A stretch of DNA of 64,000 bases from NCBI GenBank assembly GCA_963766715.1, contig CAVYBH010000010.1, positions 1 through 64,000 on the forward strand. The letters run 5' to 3'. Each line of letters starts with the position of its first letter. Position 1 is the stretch's first letter. The stretch is from an uncultured delta proteobacterium. GTDB taxonomy: Bacteria; Myxococcota; Myxococcia; Myxococcales; Anaeromyxobacteraceae. A program made the position numbers and the translations under genes. The notes under the pieces were generated by a model. That model did no database searches and was not told where the DNA came from. It saw only the letters and a program-made list of their open reading frames with translations. Shown piece after piece: positions 37,793-54,895 of this stretch.

Positions 37793-37990
37793 TCAGGCCC
37801 GGCCGCCGCCGAGGATCCGCGCCGGGAGCATCACGACCGCGCGCAGGAGCGCGAAGACCCCGTCCACCGCGATCCCCAGCAGGCGGAAGGGAATCGACAG
37901 GACCCACACGATCGGCCAGAGGACGAGCGCGAGGAGCGCGAGCGGCCAGCACACGACGAGCAGGAGCAGGAAGAGCAGGAACCGGACCAT
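37793..37990 (-). CDS. Small hydrophobic membrane protein
   Basis: AGGAGA RBS; MVRFLLFLLLLVVCWPLALLALVLWP. Confidence 0.7.
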   Translation of the reverse strand: MVRFLLFLLLLVVCWPLALLALVLWPIVWVLSIPFRLLGIAVDGVFALLRAVVMLPARILGGGRA

Positions 37991-38043
37991 GGTCTCTCCT
38001 CTACGGCCGCCCGGGGGCGGTATTTCGTCCCGCCGGGGACGGC

Positions 38044-39536
<1,493 letters not shown>

Positions 39537-39555
39537 TTCTTCTTGCCTCTCCGTC

Positions 39556-44164
<4,609 letters not shown>

Positions 44165-44633
44165 CGTCCTTGTCGTCCTTCCACCGCGGGAAAACCACAT
44201 CCACCCGGCAGGGGCCCGCGCCCACACCGGTGACCTCGCCGGTCACGGGAAACCCCCGAGGCGAGGCCCTTCGTCCCTTGCTGGGGAACCGCGAAGTTTC
44301 TCAAAACGCGACGCAGCGGGTCAAGCGGAGAGGCGCCCCTCCGTATGCGTCCGTTCGGGGGACTCTGCAGTCTACCCCGGGTCCCCCCCGATCCACGGCC
44401 CTGAACCCACCCCCATCTCGCCTGGGCGCCTCGCGGCGGGCCTGCGTTCGCCGACAGGTGGGAGCGGGCGGCACAGGCGTATCCGCTGTGCGTCGATGAA
44501 GTCAAAAAACCCTGCCTCTTCATGGTGTTACGCATTGACGCGAGGACGACGTACCTTGACCGTGGGAGGTTCGTCAGGCGGGAGGGGACCCGATCGACGA
44601 ACTCATAAAAAATCGATTGGAGGTCTTCGGACC

Positions 44634-45888
44634 ATGACGCCTCGCACCGCCTTCGTGTCACTCGTCGCCGCCCTCCTCGCTACCGCTTGTGGGGGGTCTT
44701 CCACTGAAAGTGGAGTCGAGAATCCGCCCGCCGCCCAGGCCGTCGTCGTCGTGACGGCGCCGTCCGAGCTCGATATCGCCCCGGGCGAGGCCGTCAAGCT
44801 GACCGCCCGCGTGACCGGCACGGCGGACTCCTCGGTGACCTGGTCGGTGGCCGAGGTCGACGGGGGAAGCGTGGACGCCACCGGGCTCTACACGGCGCCG
44901 GCGGTCGAGGGCACCTTCCACGTCCGCGCGGAGAGCTCCACCGCCGCGAAGAGCAACGGCACGAGCGTCGTTCGCGTGAAGAAGGGCGCGGCGCCCCAGC
45001 CGGTCGCGGTCGCGGTGGCCCCGCCGACGGTCACCCTGGCCCCCGGCGGCGTGACCACCTTCGCCGCGACGGTCACCGGCTCCACGGTCGGCTCGGTCAC
45101 CTGGAGGATCCAGGAGGCCTCGGGCTGCGGGTCCGTCTCCACCGCGGGCCTCTACACCGCCCCGGGCGCGGCGAGCACCTGCCACGTGGTCGCCACCAGC
45201 ACGGCCGACGCGACCAAGAGCGCTTCCGCCACGGTCACCGTCACGGCCGCCCCGGTCGTCCCGGTCATCTCGATCGCCGTGGCGCCGGCCACCGCCACCG
45301 CCACCACGGGCGGAACGGTCAACTTCAGCGCCACCGTCTCCGGCACGACGGCTGGCCAGTCCACCTCGGCGACCTGGTCGGTTCCCGCCGGCGCAGGGCA
45401 CCGTCAGCGCCTCCGGCGTCTACGTGGCCCCCGCCACGGCCGGCACCTACGTCGTGACCGCCGCGAGCGTCGCCGATCCCACCAAGACCGCCACCGCCAC
45501 CGTCGTGGTGAGCGCGCCGGCCCCGGTCGTGGCCATCTCGATCTCGCCTTCCTCCATCACGCTCGACGCGTGCAAGGGGCAGGTCTTCACCGCCTCCGTG
45601 ACCAACAGCGCCAACACCGCGGTGACCTGGACGGTGACCGAGGGCAGCGCGGGCGGGTCGGTGGCCGGAGCGGGCATCTACACCGCGCCCCAGGCCGCCG
45701 GCACCTATCACGTCGTCGCAACCAGCGTGGCCGACCCGACGAAGACGGCCCAGGGGACCATCACCGTCGGGCCGGAGAAGGTGGTGTCGATCGCGGTGAC
45801 CCCGACCACCAGCTCGGTCACGACGAGCCGGACCCAGGCGTTCGCCGCGACCGTGACCACCAGCTGCGGGACGTTCCCGGCGCAGTAG
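44634..45888 (+). CDS. Lipoprotein with four Ig-like (Big_2-type) repeats plus a partial fifth (frameshift ~45400)
   Basis: LATAC lipobox; repeated VTW..G.V...GLYTAP...G.YHV.ATS units. Confidence 0.85.
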
Positions 45889-45944
45889 CAGCGCAGGAGC
45901 AGGGCAGCACGGGACGGAAGCCGGAACGCGAGGTCGTCGGCCGC

Positions 45945-46460
45945 TCAGAGCATGAGCGCGCCGACGACCCTGTCTCGTCCGACGAGCTCGAGGGTCCGCT
46001 CGGCGACGCGCATGCGGGACTCGCCGCGCTGGACGCAGAGCACCACCGCGTCGGCGACCTCGGTGACGGCCAGCCCGAGCGGCTCCGTCACCACGGGAGG
46101 GATGGCGATGATGAGCCGCCCGTCCCCCTGCCTCTCCTCGGGGCGCTCGACGTCCCGCCGCCCGCCCACCGCCTGGACAATCTTGCCGGCGGCCGCGTAG
46201 TCCATGGGCCCCGAGAGGAGGAGGAAGGTCACCGGGCCGGACCGGAGGCGGCGTCCGACGTCGGCGAGCGCCGCGGCGACCTCGACGGCCGAGGCGCCCT
46301 CGTCGCTGGGAACCAGCACCAGGCTCCGCCACTGCATGCGCGAGAGCGTGAACCAGAGCCCCTCGATGTCGAGGTCGCGCCGGCTTCGCGGCCGGTCCAG
46401 GGACGCGCTCCCTCGCTTGACGATCGCTCCCGTGGTCTTTCGCTTGCCGGCGTCTTCCAA
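45945..46460 (-). CDS. BY-pseudokinase-like protein (WzeX-like)
   Basis: LWF..WRSLVLVP, ADAVVLCV..G.S, VVGALM; no Walker A Lys. Confidence 0.65.
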   Translation of the reverse strand: MEDAGKRKTTGAIVKRGSASLDRPRSRRDLDIEGLWFTLSRMQWRSLVLVPSDEGASAVEVAAALADVGRRLRSGPVTFLLLSGPMDYAAAGKIVQAVGGRRDVERPEERQGDGRLIIAIPPVVTEPLGLAVTEVADAVVLCVQRGESRMRVAERTLELVGRDRVVGALML

Positions 46461-46537
46461 TCGTTCCTCCGGGGGGCATCATATACGGAAGTCGCCTTGC
46501 ATCGGCCCGGGACGAACGGCGAACATCCATCCGGGCC

Positions 46538-47002
46538 ATGTCGACGTCGCGCGCCACTTCACCATCCGGGACCGCCCCGGGCCGCACGAGCGACCTCGAG
46601 CGACTGTGGCGCGCGCTCCTGCTCACCGGCTGGCGGTGCCTGGTCGTCATCCCCGCCAACCCCGCCACGTCGTCGGAGTCGGTGGTCGGCGCGCTCCGGT
46701 CGATCATCCCGTCCGGGGGCCTTCCCGACCTGGAGGTCATCGACGGGCGCGGCGCCTCGATGGGAGACGGAGACCGCCTCGCCGGGCAGGTCACCGAGCG
46801 CAACGCCTCGGGACGCCGGGTGATCGCCTTCATCGACCCCATCACCCAGAGCCTGGCCGGCGTGCCGCTGGTCCGGGCCGCCGACGCCGTCCTCCTCGTC
46901 GTCCAGGTCGAGTCCCCGGACGTCGAGTCGCTCTCGAGCACGCTGTCGATCGTGGGGATCGACCGCGTGGTGGGCTCGGTGGCGGTCCCGGCGACAAGTT
47001 GA
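46538..47002 (+). CDS. Second BY-pseudokinase-like protein
   Basis: LWRALLLTGWRCLVVIP, ADAVLLVV, DRVVGSV; paralogous to its neighbour. Confidence 0.6.
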   Translation: MSTSRATSPSGTAPGRTSDLERLWRALLLTGWRCLVVIPANPATSSESVVGALRSIIPSGGLPDLEVIDGRGASMGDGDRLAGQVTERNASGRRVIAFIDPITQSLAGVPLVRAADAVLLVVQVESPDVESLSSTLSIVGIDRVVGSVAVPATS

Positions 47003-47101
47003 CGCAGTCGTGAAGGCCCCGCATTGTAGGTAGCCGCTTACCCGCACCCGATTCCGGGTGCCGGGAGACCGGGGCAACCTCGAGAGAAGGAGCGCGGAAC
47101 G

Positions 47102-47716
47102 ATGGCGTCCACCACCGGCCGGAGCAACGTGGCCCTTGCGCTGGCGTGCCTGGCGCTCGCGGGATGCAAGACTCCCGCACCCTACGTGTGGGTCGATGCC
47201 CTCCCCGCCCAGGTCGAGCCCGCGGAGAAGGAGTACGTCATCCAGGCGGGCGACCAGCTGGCGGTCCGCGTCTGGGGACAGGACTCCATGTCGGCGCGGG
47301 CACGGGTCCGCCCCGACGGCCGGATCTCGCTGCCCTTCCTCGACGACGTCGAGGCCGCCGGCCTCACGCCGAGCGCGCTCGGCAAGCGGATCCAGGCTCG
47401 CCTGAAGGAATTCGTGGTGAACCCCGTCGTGACGGTCTCCCTCGAGGACCTGCGCCCGGTCGCGGTGAGCGTCATCGGCGAGGTGACCCGGCCCGGCCAG
47501 TATCCGCTCGAGCAGGGAGCCGGCGTCCTCCCGGCGCTCGCCGCCGCCGGCGGGATGACGCCCTTCGCCGACAAGGACGGGATCTACGTCATCCGCAAGC
47601 GCAAGGGGAAGGGCGATCCGGAGCGCATCCGGTTCACCTACCAGGCGCTCACGGGAGCCCAGGGCCCGGCGGCCACCTTTCGCCTGCAGGGCGGCGACGT
47701 CGTCGTCGTCGAGTGA
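47102..47716 (+). CDS. wza: Short OPX/Wza polysaccharide export lipoprotein
   Basis: LAGC lipobox; YVIQAGD, VRPDGRISLP, V.VIGEV; ends GDVVVVE. Confidence 0.9.
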   Translation: MASTTGRSNVALALACLALAGCKTPAPYVWVDALPAQVEPAEKEYVIQAGDQLAVRVWGQDSMSARARVRPDGRISLPFLDDVEAAGLTPSALGKRIQARLKEFVVNPVVTVSLEDLRPVAVSVIGEVTRPGQYPLEQGAGVLPALAAAGGMTPFADKDGIYVIRKRKGKGDPERIRFTYQALTGAQGPAATFRLQGGDVVVVE

Positions 47717-47719
47717 GCC

Positions 47720-49083
47720 TTGGCCGCGACCCTGACGTCGGCGCTGCTGGCGCTCGCCCTCGCGCAGGGCACGGCCACGCCGCCACGGGCCACGGACGGG
47801 AGCACGCCTTCCGGCGTGGAGGCCGCCGACGTCGTCGCGACGCCCGCGCCCCCCTCGGCCAGCGAGGAGGACCGGGTCCCGGAGGGCGTTCCCTTCATCC
47901 CGTCGATGGGCGGGCCCGAGCGGAGCGCGGACGGCCTCTTCCTGGACCTCGCGCTCCTCTCCCTGCTCCGGGCCCAGACCCTCGACATCACCGCGGGGAC
48001 CGCGTCGTGGGGCACCGACGTCGAGGTGACGCCCGGCGTCGCGCTGGAGCTCCGCTCCTCCCGGTTCAACCTCTCGGTGGGCTACGCGCCCCGCCTGACG
48101 GTGCCGTTCAACACCGGAGAGTTCCAGCTGGCGGTGCTCAACCGGGCCACGTTCCAGGCCGTCTGGCAGGCCGATCCGAACTGGAAGCTCACCGCACTCG
48201 GCCTCTTCGTCGTGGGCGACTACTCCCAGCTCCTCCCGGCCTCCACCCCGGGCGGCGCCGGCCCGCCGCCGCCGGTGCTGAACCCGGTTCGCTCCTTCCA
48301 GACCTACCCGTACGTCGGCATCGACACGATGCTCCGGGTCGACGGGACCCTCTCCCCGCGGACCCGCCTGCGGCTGGGCGGCGGCTACTTCGACGTGGGC
48401 GGGGTCGGAGCGGTCGGCCTGGCGAACCAGCCCCGCACGTGGGGCCCGCAGGCGGACGCCGAGTTCGCCTGGGACGCCTCGCGCACCGCCACGCTCTCGA
48501 CCGTCGTGAAGGCGCAGGACTGGATGATGCCCGGCGGCCCGGCGTGACGGGCACCTTCGACACCATCCTCGCCACCGTCACCGAGGCCTGGAAGCAGGCC
48601 TGGACGACCGAGCTCGAGACGACGCTGGCCGTGGGCGCCGGGCTTCTCCAACCGCGACGTGGAGAGCCAGACCGCCGCGGGGCACGTGGTCCCGGTGGCC
48701 ACGCTTCGCCTCGAGTACCGCGAGCGGGTCCGCCACCCGCTGCACTTCGGCGCTGGAGGCGGCGCTCGCGCCCTACTTCGATCCCTACCAGCGCATCGCC
48801 TACCAGCGCTTCACCTTCGGTGGAACGATCGACTGGCGCCCCAGCGACGCCTGGCAGCTCGGCGGGTACCTGTCGGCGGCGCTGGCCCCGTACACGGTCC
48901 GCGCGCCGGAGTCCTACGGCACGGCCGGCGCTGTCCGCGAACTTCGCGCCGCTCCCGTTCCTGATCCTCACGGCGGGCACCTTCACCCAGGCCCAGTTCC
49001 AGGGCGCGAGCGGCGACAGCAGCTCCTTCCGCCAGTGGACCGCCTACTTCTCGGTCGCGCTCCACGACCGGATCGCCTTCTGA
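47720..49083 (+). CDS. Outer-membrane beta-barrel partner of OPX (EpsX/ExoB-like), frameshifted
   Basis: Signal peptide, amphipathic beta strands, C-terminal Phe; directly follows wza. Confidence 0.7.
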
Positions 49084-49110
49084 GTTTCCGCCCCTTTAGG
49101 GGCAGGAAAC
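49084..49110 (+). terminator. Hairpin after the beta-barrel gene
   Basis: GTTTCC-GCCCCT-TT-AGGGGC-A-GGAAAC. Confidence 0.5.
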
Positions 49111-49351
49111 GCTCCCCATACCCACATGTAGACCGGCTCATTTGGGTCGTAGAAAGCGTATTTTCTGTGACAAAATGTCCACTGATTGTGGTCATTTGGC
49201 TGATTGCCGGGCTTAATCCTCTACAGTTACGTCCACTTATCCGATACCACCCCCCTTGTACCTACCACCGCGTACACCTGTCACGGGACATTCATCTGCC
49301 GTCCGATTCGATTAGCTACGGCTGTCGAAAGGGTTGGGGGGCAGACGCATC

Positions 49352-50759
49352 ATGAAAAACCGTGTCGTCGAAGGTTCCGTTCGTCTTCTGGACATCCTGT
49401 GCGTGGTCGCCGCCGTGCCGGCGGCCTACCAGTTGCGCGACCTGTTGCCGGTCGCGAACCGGGGACCGCTGGTCCCGCTCTCGGACTACTGGCCGTTCCT
49501 GGCTTTCACCCTCTTGCTCTGGGTCGCCGCGACCTGGTTCTTCCGGGTCTACGAGAGCTTCCGCACCCGCTCGGTCTGGCCGGAGATCGCCCGCATCGCC
49601 AAGGCGCTGGTGGCCGTCGCGCTGCTGCACATGGCGGCCATCTTCTTCCTGCGGATGCAGGAAGAGGTCTCCCGCCTCTACTTCGGCACCTACTTCGGCC
49701 TCGCCTTCGTCCTCCTCGTCGCCAACCGGCTGGTGCTCCGCAGCGTGGCCTACTCGGCTCGCCGCGGCGGCCTCAACACCCGCGTGTTCGCGGTCGTCGG
49801 ATCGGGCGACCTCGCCCACGACGTGGTGGCCACGGTCGCCGATCACCCGGAGTGGGGACTCCAGTTCGCGGGCCACATCCTCGAGGACGGCTCGGCCGCG
49901 ACCGCGCCTCGCGAGCTGGTCCTCGGGTCGGTCTCGCAGCTCGGCCAGATCCTCGACGACAACGTCATCGACGAGGTGATCTTCGCGGTGCCGCGGGAGC
50001 GGCTCGCCTCCGTCGAGGGCGCGTTCCGCCTGTGCCAGGAGCAGGGCGCCGGCGCCCGGGTCTGCCTCGACCTCTTCGAGGTGAGCGGCGCGCGCGTCGC
50101 GCTCGGCGAGCTCGACGGCCTGCCCATGCTCTCGTTCTCCCGCGCCCCCACCGACGAGGTGGCGCTCCTCTTCAAGCGCGCCTTCGACGTGCGTCACCAG
50201 CGCGGCGGCCCTGCTCGCCTTCTCGCCGGTGCTGCTCGTCACGGCGCTCGCCGTCAAGCTCGAGTCGCCCGGGCCGGTGTTCTTCCGCCAGGTCCGGGTG
50301 GGCAAGAACGGACGCCCGTTCCGGATGTACAAGTTCCGGAGCATGCACGTCGACGCCGAGGCCCGCCTCGAGTCGCTGCGCGCCCAGAACGAGGCGACCG
50401 GCCCGGTGTTCAAGATGCGGAACGACCCGCGGGTCACCAGCGTGGGCCGCTTCATCCGCCGCACCTCCATCGACGAGCTGCCCCAGTTCCTGAACGTCCT
50501 GTTCGGCGAGATGAGCGTCGTCGGGCCGAGGCCCCCGGTTCCTGCCGAGGTCCGCCAGTACCAGCGCTGGCAGCGCCGTCGCCTGAGCGTGAAGCCGGGC
50601 ATCACCTGCACGTGGCAGGTGAGCGGCCGCTCCAACATCTCCTTCGACCAGTGGATGGCGCTCGACCTCGAGTACATCGACACCTGGTCGCTCTGGCAGG
50701 ACATCCGGATCTGCTTCCGCACCGTCCCCGCCGTGCTGCTGTCTCGCGGCGCGCACTGA
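49352..50759 (+). CDS. Polyprenyl-phosphate sugar transferase (WcaJ/WbaP/EpsZ-like), frameshift ~50190
   Basis: KRAFD, YKFRSM, DPRVT, DELPQ, VGPRP, KPGIT. Confidence 0.93.
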
Positions 50760-50846
50760 CGGTCAGGGGACCCGGGCCGGACCGGTGTCCGACCCGGGTG
50801 ATACGAGAAAGGCCTCCCCTGCGGATGCAGGAGGAGGCCTTTCCCT

Positions 50847-52281
50847 TTGAGCGCCGACCTCGCCACCCTCCTCGCCTCGATCGCCGTCGCCCTCGCGGCC
50901 GGGGCCGCCGCTGGCTGGGCGCTGGCCCGCTCCCGGGCTCGCTCGGAGGCCGACACCGCGCTGGCGCGGGCCCAGGCCGATCGGGCCCCCGTCGAGGCGG
51001 CCGCCGCCGAGCAGGCCCGGCGCGCCGCCGACCTGCGAGCGCACCGTCTCCGTCCGCGACGAGGCCCTGGCCGCGGCAGCGGAGCGGCTCCGCGCCGAGA
51101 GCTCGGCGCGGGCCGCGCTGGCCGCGCGACTCGAGGAGCAGCAGAAGGCGCTCGAGGCGGAGCGGGCCCTCCTCCAGGAGGCCGAGCGGCGCCTGGGAGA
51201 CACCTTCAAGGCGCTGTCCGCGGACGTGCTCCAGGCCTCCAGCGCCACCTTCCTGCAGCTCGCCGGGCAGACGCTCGAGAAGTACCAGGAGGGGGCGCGC
51301 GGCGATCTGGAGAAGCGCCAGCAGGCCATCGGCGAGCTCGTCACCCCCGTCCGCGAGGCCCTGGGGCGCTTCGAGGCGCAGGTCGGGGAGATCGAGCAGC
51401 GCCGGGCCGGCGCCTACTCCGAGCTGCGCGAGCAGGTCCGGTCGCTCGGCGACGCGCAGGCCCTCCTGCGGACCGAGGCCGGGAACCTGGTCCGCGCGCT
51501 CCGGGCGCCCCAGGTGCGGGGGCGCTGGGGCGAGGTCCAGCTGAAGCGGGTCGTCGAGCTGGCCGGGATGGCCGAGCACTGCGACTTCACCGAGCAGCAC
51601 AGCGTCGACACCGCCGAGGGGCGGCTCCGCCCGGACCTGGTGGTGCACCTGCCCGGCGGCCGCACCGTCGTGGTCGATGCCAAGGCCCCGCTCTCGGCCT
51701 ACCTGGAGGCGGTCGAGGCCACCGACGAGGCGAGGCGCACCGTGCTGCTCGCCGACCACGCCCGGCAGGTCCGGGAGCACGTCGTGGCGCTCTCCCGCAA
51801 GAGCTACTGGGAGCAGCTCCGCCCCACTCCGGAGTTCGTGATCCTCTTCCTGCCCGGCGAGTCGTTCTTCTCGGCGGCGCTCGAGCAGGACCGCGACCTC
51901 ATCGAGATGGGCGCCGAGCGGCGGGTCATCCTGGCCACGCCCACCACGCTCATCTCGCTCCTCAAGGCGGTCTCCTACGGCTGGAAGCAGGAGACCGTGG
52001 CGGCCAACGCCGAGCGCGTCGCCGAGATGGGGCGCGAGCTGCACAAGCGGGTCTCCGACCTCGCCGCCCACGTGGTGAAGCTGGGCCGGAGCCTGTCCTC
52101 CTCGGTGGAGGCCTACAACGGCTTCCTGGGCTCGCTCGAGGCGCGGGTGCTTCCCACCGCGCGGCGCTTCCGCGAGCTCGAGGCGGCCGGCGCCGAGGTC
52201 GTCGCCGGAGCTCACGCCGGTCGACTCGGTGACCCGCGTGGCGCAGGCGCCGGAACTGGTCGCGGCCGCCCCTCCGAAGTG
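50847..52281 (+). CDS. rmuC: DNA recombination protein RmuC (frameshifted)
   Basis: RGRWGEVQL, RPDLVV, VVDAK, FVILFLPGE, ATPTTL. Confidence 0.92.
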
Positions 52282-52309
52282 AGGCGAGGGGCGTCCGCGG
52301 CGCGGCAGG

Positions 52310-52609
52310 CTACTTCAGGCCGCCGGCGACGTACTTCGCGAGCCCGCTGATCTCCGCATCGGAGAGCTTGCCCTTGAAGGGCGTCATCTTGCCCTTGCCG
52401 TTCGTGATCACCTTCTCGATGTCACCGGCCGAGAGCTTGGTGACCGTGAGGTCCTTCACGCCCAGCTTCTGGGCCATGGGGGTCTGGCCCTTTCCGTCCT
52501 TGCCGTGACAGGCGGCGCACTTGGCCTGGAAGACGTCGGCAGGGCCGGCGGCGCGGGCCGCGGGGGCGACGAGGACGGCGAGCACGGCGGCGACGAGCAT
52601 CTTCTTCAT
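52310..52609 (-). CDS. Monoheme cytochrome c
   Basis: Signal peptide, CAACH, distal Met (KMTPF). Confidence 0.92.
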   Translation of the reverse strand: MKKMLVAAVLAVLVAPAARAAGPADVFQAKCAACHGKDGKGQTPMAQKLGVKDLTVTKLSAGDIEKVITNGKGKMTPFKGKLSDAEISGLAKYVAGGLK

Positions 52610-52690
52610 GTGTAAATCTCCGTTTTTCGGGTTCGGCTTTTTCCTAGCAGGGAGGTGCGCCGCCGTCCACACGCTCTTGGGCGACCGCGG

Positions 52691-53932
52691 CTAGTGCGCC
52701 GTCTCCGTGCCCGGCGGCACGACCGGCGCGCCCTTGGCCCGGAGCGTGCCCATCATGATGGGCACGGCCACGTTGACGAGCGTCGTGAAGACCAGCGCTC
52801 CCAGGCCGAAGACGCCGACGGCCACCATCCACTCCACGGCCGACGGGCGGTACTCGTAGATCTCGCCGAGGGTGTCCGGGGTCATGCCCGGGATGACGAG
52901 CCCCATGCCCTTCTCGATGTAGACGCCGGCGAAGATGAGCACCGCGCCGATGTTGAGCGTCGTCCAGTTCCGGCGGGCCGCCGGCACCACGAAGATGAGG
53001 AAGGCGGTCACCGAGCAGGTGAGCGAGAGCCAGGCGTAGGGCACGAGCGCGCGGTTCTTCCCGATGCCCTGCCAGAGGTACTTCGTGTAGAGCAGGTGCT
53101 CGGTGTGGGAGTAGTACTCCTTGAAGATCTCCGCGCCGAGCAGGAAGAGGTTGAAGAACATGGCGTAGGCCATGAGCTCGGCCACCTTCCAGATGGCCTC
53201 GTCCTTGATCTCGATGGCGGTGGTCTTCCGGAGGATCTGGAAGAGGATGATCATGACCGCCGGGCCCGACGAGAAGGCGGACGCGATGAACTTGGGCGCG
53301 AGGATGCCGGCGTTCCAGTAGGGCCGCGCCGCCATGCCGGCGTAGAGGAACGCGGTGACGGTGTGGATGCCGACCGCGGCCGGGATGCTGAAGAGCACGA
53401 GCGGCACCACGAACCACTTGGCGTACTCCTGCCCCCGGTAGGCGCGGTAGAGGATGTGGCTCACCACCACGAGGTTGAGCACCAGGTAGAGGTTCAGGAC
53501 CAGCGCGTCCCAGGAGAGCATCGACTGGGGCCAGTTGGGGTTGCCGGGTCCGGGCATGATGTGGGTGAGCCGGTCGGGGCTCCCCATGTCGACCAGGATG
53601 AACATCATGCACATGATGAGGGCGCTGATGGCGAGCAGCTCGCCCAGCACCACCACCTCCTTGATGGGCTTCCAGTGGTAGACGTAGGCCGGGACGACGA
53701 GCAGCACCGCCGCCGCGGCCACGCCCACCAGGAACGTGAAGTTGCCGATGTAGAAGGCCCAGGTGACCTGGTCCCGCATGTTGGTGGCGATGAGCCCCTG
53801 CTGCCACTGCCGGGAGTAGCCGAACAGGCCGATCGCCATCATGGCGAAGAGCAGCGCCATCCAGGCCTTGTAGGCCTTGCCGCCGGCGACCACCTGCCCC
53901 GCCGCGCCCTTCAAGAACTCGAGGATTCCCAT
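52691..53932 (-). CDS. NrfD/DsrP-family membrane subunit
   Basis: YIGNFTFLVG, DMGSPDR, HTVTAF, EKGMG. Confidence 0.9.
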   Translation of the reverse strand: MGILEFLKGAAGQVVAGGKAYKAWMALLFAMMAIGLFGYSRQWQQGLIATNMRDQVTWAFYIGNFTFLVGVAAAAVLLVVPAYVYHWKPIKEVVVLGELLAISALIMCMMFILVDMGSPDRLTHIMPGPGNPNWPQSMLSWDALVLNLYLVLNLVVVSHILYRAYRGQEYAKWFVVPLVLFSIPAAVGIHTVTAFLYAGMAARPYWNAGILAPKFIASAFSSGPAVMIILFQILRKTTAIEIKDEAIWKVAELMAYAMFFNLFLLGAEIFKEYYSHTEHLLYTKYLWQGIGKNRALVPYAWLSLTCSVTAFLIFVVPAARRNWTTLNIGAVLIFAGVYIEKGMGLVIPGMTPDTLGEIYEYRPSAVEWMVAVGVFGLGALVFTTLVNVAVPIMMGTLRAKGAPVVPPGTETAH

Positions 53933-53950
53933 GGTGCGTTCCCTCGACGG

Positions 53951-54895
53951 CTACGTCGCGTAGAAGTAGTAGAACTGCGGCTCGGTATCGAGCTCCTCCT
54001 TGAAGACGAACACGCGCTTGCGGTCCATCACCTGGCGGATCTCGCTCTCGGGGTCGAGCAGGTTGCCGAACTTCCTCGCTCCCACCGGGCAGATCTCCAC
54101 GCAGGCCGGGTAGCGGCCGTTGCGGGAGCGCTGGAGGCAGAAGGTGCACTTCTCCACCACGCCCATCGGGCGCGGCCGGTTTCCCAGGTAGGCGGTGACC
54201 GGGTTCATCTCGGCCGCCGGCAGGTTGGGCTCCGCCCAGTTGAACTTGCGGGCTCCGTACGGGCAGGCGGCGGTGCAGCAGCGGCAGCCGATGCACCAGT
54301 CGTAGTCGATGACCACGATGCCGTCCGGCTCCTTCCAGGTGGCCTTCACCGGGCAGACCTTCGTGCAGGGCGGGTTCCGGCACTGCTGGCACTGCACCGG
54401 CATGTAGAAGTGCCCCGGCTCGGGCACCTTCTCCGGGTCGTAGTACGGGGTCGCGTGCTGGAGCGCGACGCCGTGCTCCTTCTCCATCTGGAGCACCCGG
54501 ATCCACTGGATCTGGGGGTTCTTGCGCGACTGGTTGTTCTCCTTCACGCAGGCGTAGACGCAGCGGCGGCAGCCGATGCAGCGGGAGAGGTCGAGGCCGT
54601 ATCCGAAGTTCACGCCGGGCATGGGCGGGGGCATGGAGACGGTGACGTTCTTCCCGTACTGGGCCGACCACTTCTTCTCGAGCTTCCCGAGCATCTCCTG
54701 GAGCCGGTCCTTGGAGAGCTCGGTGAGGTGGCGGCGCTGGAGCTCCTCGACGACCGCGTCGGGCTTGCACCCGGAGACCGCGGCGATCACCGCGCCGGCC
54801 GCGGCGGTGCGCAGGAAGTCCCGGCGCGAGGGAGAGGTCCCGGCCTCTCCGGCAGGGTCCTCCTGGAGGACGGGGAGGCGCTTTCGTTCGCTCAT
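53951..54895 (-). CDS. Tat-exported 4Fe-4S dicluster protein (NrfC/DsrO-like)
   Basis: SRRDFL; CIGCRRC..C, CQQC..PPC..CP, CIGCRCC..CP, KCTFC..C..CP. Confidence 0.92.
   Translation of the reverse strand: MSERKRLPVLQEDPAGEAGTSPSRRDFLRTAAAGAVIAAVSGCKPDAVVEELQRRHLTELSKDRLQEMLGKLEKKWSAQYGKNVTVSMPPPMPGVNFGYGLDLSRCIGCRRCVYACVKENNQSRKNPQIQWIRVLQMEKEHGVALQHATPYYDPEKVPEPGHFYMPVQCQQCRNPPCTKVCPVKATWKEPDGIVVIDYDWCIGCRCCTAACPYGARKFNWAEPNLPAAEMNPVTAYLGNRPRPMGVVEKCTFCLQRSRNGRYPACVEICPVGARKFGNLLDPESEIRQVMDRKRVFVFKEELDTEPQFYYFYAT

Noticed and set aside
52651..52667. Possible sigma-54 promoter before the monoheme cytochrome
   Set aside because: GG-to-GC spacing is 11 nt, not 10.
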